Of a DNA stretch of 64,000 nt, positions 41,948 to 54,732 are shown one piece after another. This DNA comes from Tubiluchus corallicola (Eukaryota; Animalia; Priapulida): positions 1 through 64,000 of the forward strand of contig JAQGDQ010000020.1 of NCBI GenBank assembly GCA_030141605.1, read 5' to 3'. A program made the position numbers and the translations under genes. Numbering within the stretch: position 1 is the first letter of the stretch; each line of letters begins with the position of its first letter. The notes under the pieces were generated by a model. It did not search any database. It saw nothing but the letters and a program-made list of their open reading frames with translations, and was not told where the DNA came from.

Positions 41948-44542
41948 ATGGCTGGGAAGCAGGAAAAATTGCTATGGCTGTTTTATCAACTTCTTCATGC
42001 ATACGTTGGTTGTTCTTTAATAAACCAGGTATCTACACAACTGTGTCCTCTGGAGACAAGGAAGACGAGTGTTTGTTGGTGCACCAGCACCAATCCACTT
42101 AACATCCACTGTGAAAACAGCAATTTGGAAAGCATCGACGAAGCACTGCAAAGTGTAAACAAAGATAATTTCATCACCAAACTAGTGATAGAGTACAATC
42201 AAATCAGCACTATTCCTCAGCCAACACTTTCCCACCTCAAAATAAAGGAGCTTCACATTGTAAATAACAACTTGGAAACGATTGCAGCAGAAGCATTTTT
42301 AGAATCTAGAGACTATTTATTAGAGCTGATACTGAAAGAAAACAACATGGCGCAAGTTCCATCTGCAGTATTCGAAGGTTTGCACAATCTGAAAAAACTA
42401 GACCTTGGTTACAACATGATCACGAAGCTCCACAATTATGCATTTAGTTCTTTGCCGTCAATGACACAGCTCAAATTAAATTCAAATTCCATAAACAGCA
42501 TAGCTCACAATGCCTTTAAAGGGTTAGATGCACTGCAAGAGTTAGATTTACGGAACAATAACCTAATGAACATCACTTCGAATGCATTTTGCCATTTAGA
42601 CAGACTTGCTATACTCAAGTTATCTCATAATTACATTACAACCATCCAAAACCAAGCATTTAGCAGCCTCATTGAATTAGAGCATCTCAACATTGCTTAT
42701 AATCAGGTAACCACAATAGAAGAGCATGGCTTTTCCGGTCTAGATAATGTTACATTGCTATATCTGCACAGTAACAAGTTAAAAGAGATACCAAAAGAAG
42801 CACTCAATATGTACCAACTGCAGTATTTAGTACTGGGGGCGAACGAAATAACATCCATACCTAATGACAGTTTTCGCAATCTTCCCAATCTAATGAACCT
42901 AAACTTGGATGCTAATGAAATCAGTAACATATCTGATGGGGCACTAAATGGGCTGGAAGACAGCCTCGTCTATCTACATCTCTCACGTAACCGTATTAGT
43001 CAATTTCCGTATACAGTAATAGCTAACTTAAGATCACTGCATGTGCTTAATTTAGGTAACAATGAAATACAAAATATCAACATTCCACCCAATAGCTTAG
43101 AGGAATTTAAAGAAAACCCAGGAACGCTTAACTTGGAAGGAAACTTGCTGACAGAAATTCCAGTATCAGCACTCTATGGATTTACTAATTTATGGAGCTT
43201 ATCTCTACAAGATAATCAGATACGATGGATACCAGACGAATCATTTTTTACTCTCCGTTCACTAAGGATACTCACTTTAGGCAATAATAAAATCGATCAC
43301 ATCAGCTCAAAAGCCTTCCTTGGGGTTGAAAAGAGTCTTCAGCACCTTGTACTTAGAAATAATCACATTAGTATTTTCCCAAAAGAAGCTTTTATAAATA
43401 TGACCGCTTTGCAAAGCCTTCAGATGGAAAACAACAACGTATACCGATTGCCAGATAACTCTTTCTGTAATATGAAGAGTTTGCTGAACATTCACCTCGA
43501 AGGAAACAATATCAGCACTGTTGACCCAATGGCATTTCAAGGTGGACCATTTACTAGTTCTATAACAGCTATTAATTTATCTTTCAACCGCATAGAAAAG
43601 ATTCAAGCATGGACTTTTTCGAATTTATCTAGTTTACAGAGCCTTGATTTATCTCACAACAACATTAGCGACATACAAGTGAATAGTTTTTATAACTTGA
43701 GCGAAGTTATTGTGATAAATATCAGTCACAACCAGATAAAAGTTATTGAAAATGGTAGTTTTCAGATCATGAAGTCTTTCAGACATTTATCGCTAGCAAA
43801 TAACACAATAACAGATATAGCAGACAGTGCATTTAATGACATTCCAACATTACAACAGCTCGATCTTGGCTATAACAATATTTCTACTATTAAAGGTCAG
43901 CTGTTTAAAAAACTGCAGATGTTGAGCTGGTTAGATCTCAGCCATAATCGGATTATGCGCATGGACACAGATGTGCTGACAAAAACACATGCACTTGGCA
44001 TCAAGACTTTAAGGATAAATAAGAACCCTTGGATTTGTGACTGTCAAATAAAATGGTTGCGTGAATGGTTAGAGTTGTGGAAAAATAAATCGCGCAGCAG
44101 CCTTGCTGATATAGATGAACTAAACAGTATCACGTGTTATGGACCGCCATATTTAATGAATAAGTGTATTATGTGCTTACAGCCGTCGTCATTTGTGTGC
44201 ACTAGTTCAATGAACAATGGTTTCTATGACAACAAGCATTTTGAAACAGACACTCCCAATAGTGATAAAAAGAACAGTGATCACAGTGCTTCTGTGTGCA
44301 CAGGAATAGAAAATGAGCATTTCTTAATCATCATAATACTAGCAAGTTCATTGGGAATGTGTGCCGTTTTAGTAATCATTCTGTGTGCTTATGTGTGCGT
44401 GCTAAAAAGCAGGACAGTTAGTAAAAAAGAAAGAGATTTTATGTCTGTTGTTCCTCCCCCACCACCACCACCCATCCACTCTAGTGAAACAAAGAAGCAC
44501 TTAGATAACTCGGAAACAACAGCAATTGTCACCTCGGTATAA
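41948..44542 (+). CDS. Leucine-rich-repeat single-pass type I membrane protein (chaoptin/artichoke/tartan-like eLRR), coding region in one exon
   Basis: 878-aa ORF from 41906. A strong acceptor (TTTTTTGTTGGTTTTTGCAG, ending 41944) precedes ATG 41948, so the likely protein is 864 aa. Hydrophobic leader, LRRNT (CP...CWC...IHC), roughly 25 LxxLxLxxNxI repeats, LRRCT (NPWICDC...CYGP...FVC), TM FLIIIILASSLGMCAVLVIILCAYVCVL, short tail with PPPPPPP ending -VTSV. AATAAA near 44915. Confidence 0.93.
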   Translation: MAGKQEKLLWLFYQLLHAYVGCSLINQVSTQLCPLETRKTSVCWCTSTNPLNIHCENSNLESIDEALQSVNKDNFITKLVIEYNQISTIPQPTLSHLKIKELHIVNNNLETIAAEAFLESRDYLLELILKENNMAQVPSAVFEGLHNLKKLDLGYNMITKLHNYAFSSLPSMTQLKLNSNSINSIAHNAFKGLDALQELDLRNNNLMNITSNAFCHLDRLAILKLSHNYITTIQNQAFSSLIELEHLNIAYNQVTTIEEHGFSGLDNVTLLYLHSNKLKEIPKEALNMYQLQYLVLGANEITSIPNDSFRNLPNLMNLNLDANEISNISDGALNGLEDSLVYLHLSRNRISQFPYTVIANLRSLHVLNLGNNEIQNINIPPNSLEEFKENPGTLNLEGNLLTEIPVSALYGFTNLWSLSLQDNQIRWIPDESFFTLRSLRILTLGNNKIDHISSKAFLGVEKSLQHLVLRNNHISIFPKEAFINMTALQSLQMENNNVYRLPDNSFCNMKSLLNIHLEGNNISTVDPMAFQGGPFTSSITAINLSFNRIEKIQAWTFSNLSSLQSLDLSHNNISDIQVNSFYNLSEVIVINISHNQIKVIENGSFQIMKSFRHLSLANNTITDIADSAFNDIPTLQQLDLGYNNISTIKGQLFKKLQMLSWLDLSHNRIMRMDTDVLTKTHALGIKTLRINKNPWICDCQIKWLREWLELWKNKSRSSLADIDELNSITCYGPPYLMNKCIMCLQPSSFVCTSSMNNGFYDNKHFETDTPNSDKKNSDHSASVCTGIENEHFLIIIILASSLGMCAVLVIILCAYVCVLKSRTVSKKERDFMSVVPPPPPPPIHSSETKKHLDNSETTAIVTSV

Positions 44543-46242
44543 TGCTGCATTTAGACTGTTTGGTATTATTGTGAAGTTAGTGTCTTTTTATAAAAGACAA
44601 AGTGTAAATTTGTTTGTAAATAATACTGTTGTATTGTGAGTAGTGTTCTGTTATTTTATAGACAGGTAATGTGGTGCAGAAAGTGTTATCACGCTTATGA
44701 AGCAATGAATGTTCAAAAATTTCTTATAATAATAGATAAGATGTGGAGTCTTTTAAAACTTCCATAACAGATACCATAATGGGCAAAATAATTGACAGGT
44801 AACACAGTAGACAAGAACATGAACTGGTGTTACATTTGAGGTTTAAAGTGAACCACTCAAGTGCATTTAATGTACTTGTAAATGAACATATAAATGTTTA
44901 TCGACTTGTGGCCTAATAAAACAAGCATGATCCTAACGAGGTATGTAGCCAATATGGCAATGCTTTTACTTGTTGCTGTATATGAGTTTTTAATACTACC
45001 ATTTTTGCTAACATTGGTCAAACAATGTTAAGGCAGTTGATGATCTTCACAAGCTAAAATTATTTAATTGTCTATTTTACAATGTTTGTTTCAGCAAAGC
45101 ATATAGTCATATGAATATGACAGTTGTCTTGCATAATGATAACTGCCTTGCATTATTATACTGCTCAATTTTTCCCATTTGTGGGACTATGTTTCCATTT
45201 TTCTACAGAAATGGCACCTTACTTATTCTAAATGAGCCACTCATATAGGGCATTAGCAGGCTGTGACGCTTCACAATGTATCATTTTCAAGTAACTTCCT
45301 TTAACTTTACTAAAATATATATGAATAAGCTAGAAAGTCAGGACATGCAAAGTATTGCATGCATGTAGTTATTTATTTTTACTCGACATGAGCTAACTGA
45401 ATAGTGGGGAATCCCATAATGCATCTGTTACAAATTGTCTGTTAAAAATGTTTGTAAACAGCTTTTCACATGTCACCTATTTTGAATGATCCTTTTATTT
45501 CTGACTGTTATCTTGTACATAAATGAAGTTGAAAAAATGAGGAGATGTTTCTTTGTAACACATTTGTCTGTAGTTTTGCCTGCAAATCACCTTGTGCCAA
45601 AGGTCAACAACAGTTTAAGAAAAATTTGACAGTTAAAATCATAGTTTTGATAATGAAATCACACAAATTTCAAAGAAAATGCCCACAATAATGTACAAAG
45701 AAAAGATAAAACATGCTGTAAGTTTCTCAAACTGTTTCCAATGTTGAGTGACTCCTAGCTGTGCACATTAATTTTAGGAAAATGATATACTGATATTAAA
45801 AATCTGATCATGAAGAGTGACTGGTAAGTATGCTGACACCAAACCAACTGTTTTACAACCTTTACTGTCCAGCAAAAATTGTTATTATCATCCCATTTTT
45901 GCTGGCAGACTACTCAATTTTTCCATACATTAGGGAATAAACCAAAAAAGTAAAACCATGGCTTTTCATATTTCCAACAAATTACATGACACACATAGGT
46001 ATACCAGTAAAAGGTGGAGGCAAATGATAAAGTTGTTAAAAAATTTTTACAATATTTTGCTGACATTTCCACTGACATTTGGACCAGTTTCAAAGTTTCA
46101 AGATCACTAGTTTATGCAGTTATATAACATTGCATGCTCTTATATAACTGCTATGATTGCTACACTATGTAATCTGCCAGCATAAAATTTACATGCTACA
46201 CTATGTAATGTGCCAGCATAACATTAACAATGTGTTACTTAC

Positions 46243-49200
46243 CTTTTTTGCCTTATTTAAATAAAATTTTGCATTTCCATAATAGTCAGAACCTTTCAAG
46301 TAATTCAGCCAACCCAGTAAATACCAAACCTGCACAGAAAAAATGCATATTTCTTTTAAAAAGTTGTGATAATCTAAATGACAAACAAAAGTAACTGGTC
46401 CAATCTACGAACAAGAAAATTAAAATCAAAACTTACGATTGCAATTTCATCATCTTCATCAACAAGAAGATCTAAGACTTCATTTGCTTTCTGAAATTAA
46501 AAAGCTTAGTTAATTACATTGTTTTTATTTACAATAAAGAAAACTTTGTTTTACTTATATCATAATTAGGCATGTAGATAAAAGCATTTCAGAAAAAACT
46601 TACATCATATTCTTCTAGTTCAATGAGTAGCTGAGATATTGCTATCCTGCTCTGAATGCTGAGTGAACAAACCTAAATATTAACAAATTTTATTACAGTA
46701 GTTTTATCAAAATGGCATTAAAGCAATAGTTTTCTATAAGAGATGGCAATAACATAACATGTGATTAAAACTTTCAGATTCATTGAAGTTCTGCAGTCAC
46801 TAAACAAGGTTGTGTAAAACTAAAATGCATTTGTTAGATCCATTCACGTTAGCAATAATCTTTTTTATTAGAAGTAACCACTTTGAATAACTGTTTATCA
46901 AGACTGGTTTTAAGTCAAATAGACACATTTGTTCAAAATGGGCTCTGCGCCAAAAGGGGGCCCTGTGCACACGCCCGAGTGGAGGATGCTATGATGAATT
47001 AATGAGTGTCCAATGTGCATGAAGTTTCTTGATACTGTGAAGGAGTGAAACTATTCAGTCTTTCCTCACATATCACCTATATTACAATGTTTTTTGCTGA
47101 TTGTTTGTTCATTTGTTTTATAATTTCAGTTTATTCTTGCAATTTACCTTTTAAAAAAGTAAATGGTAAAAACCCTATATGCATTAGTTAGATTGTCATT
47201 GGATTTTAATTTTGCTAATTTGATGATGATATTCAAACACTCAAAACATAAACAGTGCTGTTAATGAGGTTATATAACATAACGCTTGGAATATAGTTTG
47301 TTTTGTTAAATATGTCCAAACTGTTTATATTGTTCTGCATCATTAGTGGGGCAAACAGCTCCACTAATAATTTTCTAATTTGGCCCTGCACTTCTTAGCC
47401 CCGGCCTACTGTTTACCAAATGCTTTAACACTTCATAATTTTCATAAAATTTCCAGCAAAGATCATGCTGCAGCTGCTAAAAATTATACATCAAACAATA
47501 AAAATTTATAATTTTTAAGTAATCAAACATTTTTAAACCTATTTAGTTTTAACAAATTGTTTTTTATTAGGATAACGAGTTACTTTTTTATTAAAGGGCC
47601 AAATTTTTTGCTGAAAAAGTGTTAAATCACCGAGGTTAACAAATTGGTAGTCTAGGGAGCCTCAAATAGGACAAGGTACAAAGCCTTTACTTGTAGTTAC
47701 ATTGTTCGAAGAGATTTTAACTGAGTGGAGTACTGTGCCTCAGTTTTCGCTTTTGCAAACACGTGCAACGTGCTCGTGGAATATTTTTTGCTGTTGAAAA
47801 TGATGTTAGTTTGTGATGTCATCAATAGTTGTGCTCGCACGCCATTAACTAAGTTTTTAATCTATTATTTAATTAACAGAAATGCTTTTGCAGCACTAAT
47901 TGTGTTAAAATGTATATTTTTTATCGGACTTGAAAATGTGGTAGTATATGAAAAATCATCCTGTCTTCCTTTAACAAAGCATTTCAATTCTGGCACTCGA
48001 ACAGTGTTTGTTGCCTATTGTCATGTTTATATTTTATACCTAAGTGGAGTTCTTGAACTCTCTAGGGTCACCGTTGTGGTCACATCTACGCTCAGTTAAA
48101 AACTTTCCTGTTATTACAACATTAAATGTACACTTGACACAACATCAGAAACATTACGTCAGTTTTTTTAGTGCCAGGCTTTTTAAACTGGCTAATCAGT
48201 GTATAGATACCCAGCTACTAGGATATCTGTTACATGTGCGAGTCTTCAGTCAGAGTGGCTTGTTAGTAAGACCACAGAGCTAAGCTTGTCAGATAAGAAC
48301 CTAATTGACATAGTGTTTCTTAAATGTAATAAGAAACTTGACTAACTGCCTGTACATTGTAATTAGTACTACTGATTATAATATAATTTTTATGTTATAA
48401 ATACTCACTATAACACCACTGCAAAATTGCTATTAAAATGTAAAACCATTTGTAAGCAAAATTCAATAATCAATATTACTCAATAAATTTAGTGCAGTAA
48501 TAAGCAAAATAACACCAAAAATAACAATTTATTATTATTAATCAGGAGTTTGAAAATTGATTAAACCTTAGAATATTTTATCTTGAAACTCTATTTAAAG
48601 ATGTACATGACAACATGAACATAACCTAGGACCCAGCTCAGACACAGACACAATAACTTGGGCAATAAGACTCAAGACTTGAGTTGAATGCTGGTCACAG
48701 TGATTTGAGACTTGACTTGGACTTGAGCCCCAAGGACTTGAAACTCAACTTGGACTGGTACCGAAAGACTTGACTACATCACTGGTGTCAATGTGTATAC
48801 CACAATACGACCAATAATGTCAACAAAAGTTGATACCTCAACAAGGTCGACTTTGGAGTCACTTTCAAGATGCCCTTGCTGAACAGCTTGGAGGTTTGGA
48901 AGCCAGAGAGATAAACCCTTCTCGGCAGATTCTTTGGCTTCCTGTAAAAAACACACATTAGAAGCTCATATATTTCTCTTCAAGCAATAAATCTCCAAAA
49001 AAGTAAATTGTGAGATTCGGTAATTATTGTTGTGTAATCCATTAAATACTGAAGCAAAAATAACCTCTATCTGGGAAGTTAGAAAAGAAATGTTGCTAAA
49101 AGTATTCAAACATCAACTTCTTGTACGTAAAAACAACACACTGTTTTTTCTTAACATGGAAGTAAGATGTTAAAACTGCATTCCTCAAAGCATAACAAAC

Positions 49201-52200
49201 TGCACAAACTGAATTTTAACATATTAGTGTTATTTGGAATCGAATAATCCATTGCAAGAAAAATGTCTTTGGGTCTTTTTGTTCATTTTTTAGTGTTTTA
49301 ACCAGTTTGACAGCAGGAAAACAGCAGATAAATAAGTAAGGATAATATCAATAAACATAATATTTACATGACAGTAAATAGCAAAGTATGACAATTATTA
49401 AAAGTGATAATGTCGTCGACATGTAAGACTAATTTTCTTATTCAGACTTTTTGCATTTTTTTACTCAGTTCATTATTCATTACTAAGGTAGTGTATAGTG
49501 AAAACTAAATCAATAGAGCAAAATGTTATACTTTTGTCTCATAATGAAGTTTAAAAAATATTACCTCACGGTTACCTATAGTAGTAAGAAAGCTTGCTTT
49601 TAAATGATGAGCTTCTGGATTGCCTGGATCAGTTTCTATGGCTTTTTCTATATAACCTTTACAAAGATGCTCTGCATTTTCTTCAAAACTGTAAATCAGA
49701 TATTGAAGCCTTCAAGAATGATAAGATAAGACATAATATGAACTTCAAAAGGTGACTGGATAAAATGGGCAAACAAACAATATTTCGTATTCCATAAAAT
49801 TTCAACTTTCCTAAGTTACATACATAAACTCATAAGACCAAAGTTGTGCAAATGCTCTTTCTATTCAAATTATAATCATACAGCTCAGCAACACCATTTG
49901 CAAAAATGTAGTTAGCTAAAATTTGGCAGACAACTAGAACTAGTATTTAAAAATCCCATGTTTCAATATCTAATGAATAGGATTTTGGTTTTTGCCATTT
50001 TTTACAAAAAAAACAGGAAACCTATATTATTGAATTACAGGCTTTACAGGAGGGTAATGTTTATAATCACACCAATTTTGAGTTATACTTCCTTCATCAG
50101 ATCTGTAAGTAAAGACCCCAAGGCAAAAGAAATTTTGCTCACCAACAATCAGTCATGTATATTTCTGCAACAGAACAATATGCAGAAGAGATTTCAGTTA
50201 ACGATGGGAAACTGGAGACATCCTCAACGCCAATTGCACCATCTGCTTCTGTCTGGAAAAAGTAGTGTTTAAATAGCTAAATTAAAAAATGATATAAACC
50301 CAAACAAAGCTATTTATTTACTACCCAAGTGCTACTTAACAGTAATAGTGCTTTGTCACTCTTTCCTGTGCTGTTATACGACTTTCACAAATAGTCCACT
50401 AGATTTCTCATTTTTGATTCAGTGCAGTGGCAATCACAATCACAAGATGATTTAGCAAGAGGCTTATGAGCGAAATATTGTCTATGAGTAAAAAATCAGA
50501 AATGTTTATTTGCCTTTATAAGAAAATCACGTCATAACAACGTATAACAATTTCAAAGGTCATATCTCTACTTAAAAAAATACAGGGCAGGCAGACATTG
50601 CTGTTAGAAAAATGAGAATAAGAGTGGAGAAAACAAATCATATGGCAACTATTAAAAATACAAAATTAATGCAATTTATATCAAATAAAAGCAAAAGGAA
50701 ACAAAACAATTTCAAAATTAAGACACATGTACAACAATGACATGTAATCAAAGTAAATAATAACTACTCAAGTGGGCAACTAAAAAATAACTCTGTAGTC
50801 TGCTTTACTGCAACCTAGAGACACAGAGTTGATTCTGAAGTTCTGAAGACACAGATCTAAGCTAAGTTACTAAGTTACTAGCCTGATGAGTGCCCAAATA
50901 CTGCTGCTAAGAATAGGTACCATACCTTATTTTCAGAATCAGCTGACCTCTCAGACAACATGATATCAATGGCTTTTTGATAGCACTTAACAGCTTCCTG
51001 TCCTTTAAGAACTTGCCCAAGACACAGAAACTTTGTATGGCCTTCATCGGGTGAGAGACTGACTGCCCGATTTAAATACTAATGAGAAGAACAAGGTAAT
51101 TTTATGTAAAGGAAACAGCACAATCAGCTAGTTTACAAGTTAAAGATATTGTTAAAAATGGCACAAATGTACTTTTAGAAAATGTTTTTCACTGATTGTA
51201 GAAGCATATTCAAAAACTGCAAGTAAAGCAAGATTGTTTCTTTCTGAAAAAGTCGTGATTAATTGCAAAGGCATTTGGTGACAATTCAGTGTGCAAACAA
51301 AAAAAACATTTGTCCGTATTCATGCTATAATAAAATCAAAACACCTCTCTCATTACTAATCAGTGCCTTATTTGGGAGACCTGTATTAAAAAACAATTGG
51401 TGAAGTATATTCCAAGTATCTGCACGTAGTAGACTAGTTTTATGCACAATACACGATAAGAATGAGTGTACTAACAATTGGAAGGCCACATTCAATAATT
51501 ATGAGCACAAAAAGCAATTTGTCTGGCAAGAGAATACACTACAGTGATCACTGTATTACAACACTATAGTTATTTATTAAAGCAAAATGTGTGATCTCTG
51601 ATGCAACAATGTCTAATCCATCAAAGCTGTAGAATTTATAAATCTAAGTCTTGCTAATTACAGCACTTTTACCTGTAATGCGGCATCCACATCTCCAGTT
51701 TCTAAAAGAAGGCTTGATGTAGTTTCCAATACTTTTAAATTGTCAGGTTCTATTTCCAAAGCTCTATGACAAAATTTCTGTGCCACTTCAATGTCAAATC
51801 TGTCGAGACATTCACGTGCCTAAAATAAAATAATCAGAAGACATCTCAAAATTTTGTTTGAACCATAAATTGAAAATGAATTTTAGAAATTGAAACTAAT
51901 AAACAATGTTATTTACACTTACATGAACTATATGGATTGATAAAGGTAAAGCAACAAAATTTACTACTTTACCAACTAATTACCAAATAGAAATTTGCTG
52001 CTAAGTATTTTTAAGGTCGTCTTTTATTAATACATTACATCCAAGAGAAAAGACAAAATTAGTTCTCGTGCTCTAGGAGAAAACTGAGATTTACTGAACT
52101 AATAATAATTAAGTGACTTCACTGACTTGCTACTAGAAGCACCTCAGTGAACTAGCACTTCTTATCAAAACGTATATTTTTTGGAGACCACTCTTCTCCG

Positions 52201-53399
52201 TAGAGGTATATTCAGGCTTAGAGACATTATGCTTCAGTCATCTACAGCTTATAGCTAAACTCGCACGTGCATTTGTGCAGTCAAATACTTGTTTATTGCA
52301 CCAGAATGTGTAGCTATGGTACCTTTTTGCAAGCAGTTGAAAGACTAATAAATGCATTTCGCTCTTAAAAAAATTGACCATTTCTGTAAAGGTGCCCACT
52401 ATAACAATGTACAGGGGCACTCAAAACGTTTGACAGAAACACGCATAAAATTAAAATGAATAAAAAGCATGGATGGCCAGTAACAGGATGGCTGCAAATT
52501 AAGAAAGACTTCAAAATTAAAACAGTACAAACTTTTTCTAGTAATGCATTCACTCCAAACTTCTGTTTGGACTTTTTGGTTGTTTTCTTGTGTTGTCTTG
52601 CATTGCTTTCTTCATCAGGCCTCTGTGAACCTATGTAGCATACAAAATGACATTAGATGACCAGGTTCGTGGTTGAGTGGACAGGCATTTGCCATTTATG
52701 AAAGTAATGTGTGTTGATATTAGCTTGGTTTGGGTTTGTCACTCAGAATTTACAGGATATCTTTGACAGCGAGCTAGGCTCTAGTTATGCCATAAACACA
52801 TTGTTGAGTAGATTCACTTTTTGAATCCTGGATTTCAGCTTACAGTGTGCCAAAGCACATGAAAAACCATATACATTTAAGCCATATTCATAAAGAATGT
52901 AGTGTAGTGTAGTGTAGTGCACTGCAGTTTATCGTAGAATAGCATAGTGAGGTGTAGCGTAGTCACTGTAGAGTAGTGTAGTGCAGTTAAATGCAGTATA
53001 CTGTATTGAAATGCAATGTAATGAAGGGAGACGATGTGTCGGGGTATGTTACAATGCAGTACTGACTAGATCATCAATCAAGACAAACTGCATTTTCCCA
53101 CAAATACTTTTTTATACTTGGATTGTATTGGAAATGGTTGACAAATCAAATAAAAATGACTAATGACTTAGACTAGCTGATGACAGATGACTAAATGATT
53201 AACTTTCCATGCCTAAAGGCTGTTACAGCTCTTAAATCTTCTCTTTTTTTAATGAGTTTACAGTCATATCAGAAGTTTTTCGTTTAAACCATAATCATGC
53301 TGCACTAAAGAAACTGAATGAATTACTGTAATTATACCCACCTTTTCTGTGCAGTCTTTTTGGCTTCCTTGCTTTTGCTTTCATACCATGTTTCCCCAT
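46243..53399 (-). CDS. ACL4: Acl4-like TPR protein (probable assembly chaperone of ribosomal protein L4/uL4); 10 coding exons, 335 aa, terminal exon not found
   Basis: Exons 53399-53342 (MGKHGMKAKARKPKRLHRK), 52630-52533, 51819-51673 (ARECLDRFDIEVAQKFCHRALEIEPDN), 51078-50926 (RAVSLSPDEGHTKFLCLGQ), 50252-50143 (SSAYCSVAEIYMTDC), 49688-49565 (CFEENAE...DPGNPEA), 48941-48837 (GLSLWLP), 46672-46604 (RIAISQLLIELEEYD), 46490-46437 (LVDEDDE) and 46329-46243 (VWYLLGW...FYLNKAKK). All GT-AG and in frame. AEIYMTDxC, SLWLP and WYLLGW are Acl4-family motifs as recalled. Confidence 0.85.
48630..48784. mobile_element. Terminal fragment of a hAT-like element
   Basis: Repeated GACTTG(A/G) subterminal motifs ending in GACTTGACTACATCACTG. 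Only one end is evident. Confidence 0.5.
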
Positions 53400-54732
53400 G
53401 ATTTTCTGAAACAAACAAAAAGTGACAGTATTCCCAAACTAACAAAATAAAATTCTTGCAAAGAACGCAAACAAAATTCATAAATGTGCACATAGTGCAA
53501 GTATAAACATAATAACTAAAATAATATGAACATAATTTTTAACAATTAAGTACAATATTTTTGATATTCTGCATAATACAAACAATTATTAAAGTTCATC
53601 AGGCTTCATACAATAACTCTGATATGGTGCATCCCCATAACAATGAATTTTGTTAGTGGCAAAAAATATTAAAGTAGGCAACAAGCCTTCACTTAAGTAA
53701 ACTTAATATTTTGCAGCTGTCTTGGAAAAAGTAACCACAAAAAGCATGTGTTTTTCCTAATTTCTTACAATTGCCTAAGTGTCCAATTGTGTCTCCAACA
53801 TACCCTCAAATTTAAAAAAAGTGCTAAGGAAGCTTGCAGTGCTCCCCAGGTTCTTAGCCACTATCTTCTAGTATCTCCTGGAATATGACTTTCAAATTTG
53901 ACAAGTGGTCACATGCCATTTTAAAATTCTACATTTCCAAGAAAGATTAATGAGACTTCAAATTTAATAAAGCAATAAAAAAATAAACAAGCTTTTCCTA
54001 AGTTACATAGTTTGGAACTGAGTAAGAAAACTAATATATGTCAAAATTTTGCAAATACTGATAATTATCTTTAAAAAGTTAGGGTTATCTGCCTACAGGT
54101 TAATGACAGCTCCCTATTTGCTGCTGACAGTGCAGAAACATAAGCTATCAATTGAATGTGAACATACAGATCCGCAAAAGTCGCTATGATTATTTAACAG
54201 CTAGCTAGTATATTTAAGACAAATATTTAAACAAATAATATGTAATGGCAATGGCTTTTAAATATCTATAAAGCTATAGATTTTTTTACTGTAACATGTG
54301 ATGAAATTCATCACATGTACTGCATCTTTACAAACATTCATATCTCAGTGGCAAAATACCAAGTATGCTACTACATTCAGACCATGCAAGTCTCGAGTAC
54401 AAGGTGTCCACAACCTATGCAGTTTTGATCTAAACATTTTGTTTGTTACTTGTCGGGCATTATATAAAAATGTAGATGCTTGTCCATTAACATGCACTGC
54501 ACTTTTTATTAAATGCGCATTTTGCACTTTCCATTCTGTCTTAGAAATACAAAACCTATAATAGTACATTTTTACGACTCTGCAGGCCTTAGTTGCAAAC
54601 CTGGGGTGCACCAAATCATTTCCAGCAATGCCCACACCTCCTAGGCCCAGCCCTGTATACATCATATTTATAATTAATTTTAATGATAATGCATACATCA
54701 TATTTATAATTAATTTTAATGATAATGCATAC

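Noticed and set aside
45508-45579. Minus-strand AKLQTNVLQRNISS...CTR* followed by AATAAA as Acl4-like last exon
   Set aside because: Phase 0 and near a poly-A signal, but the acceptor is weak and the peptide is not Acl4-like. Left as an unproven alternative end.
50883-50910. CTGATGAG hammerhead core
   Set aside because: No closing stem II or GAAA follows.
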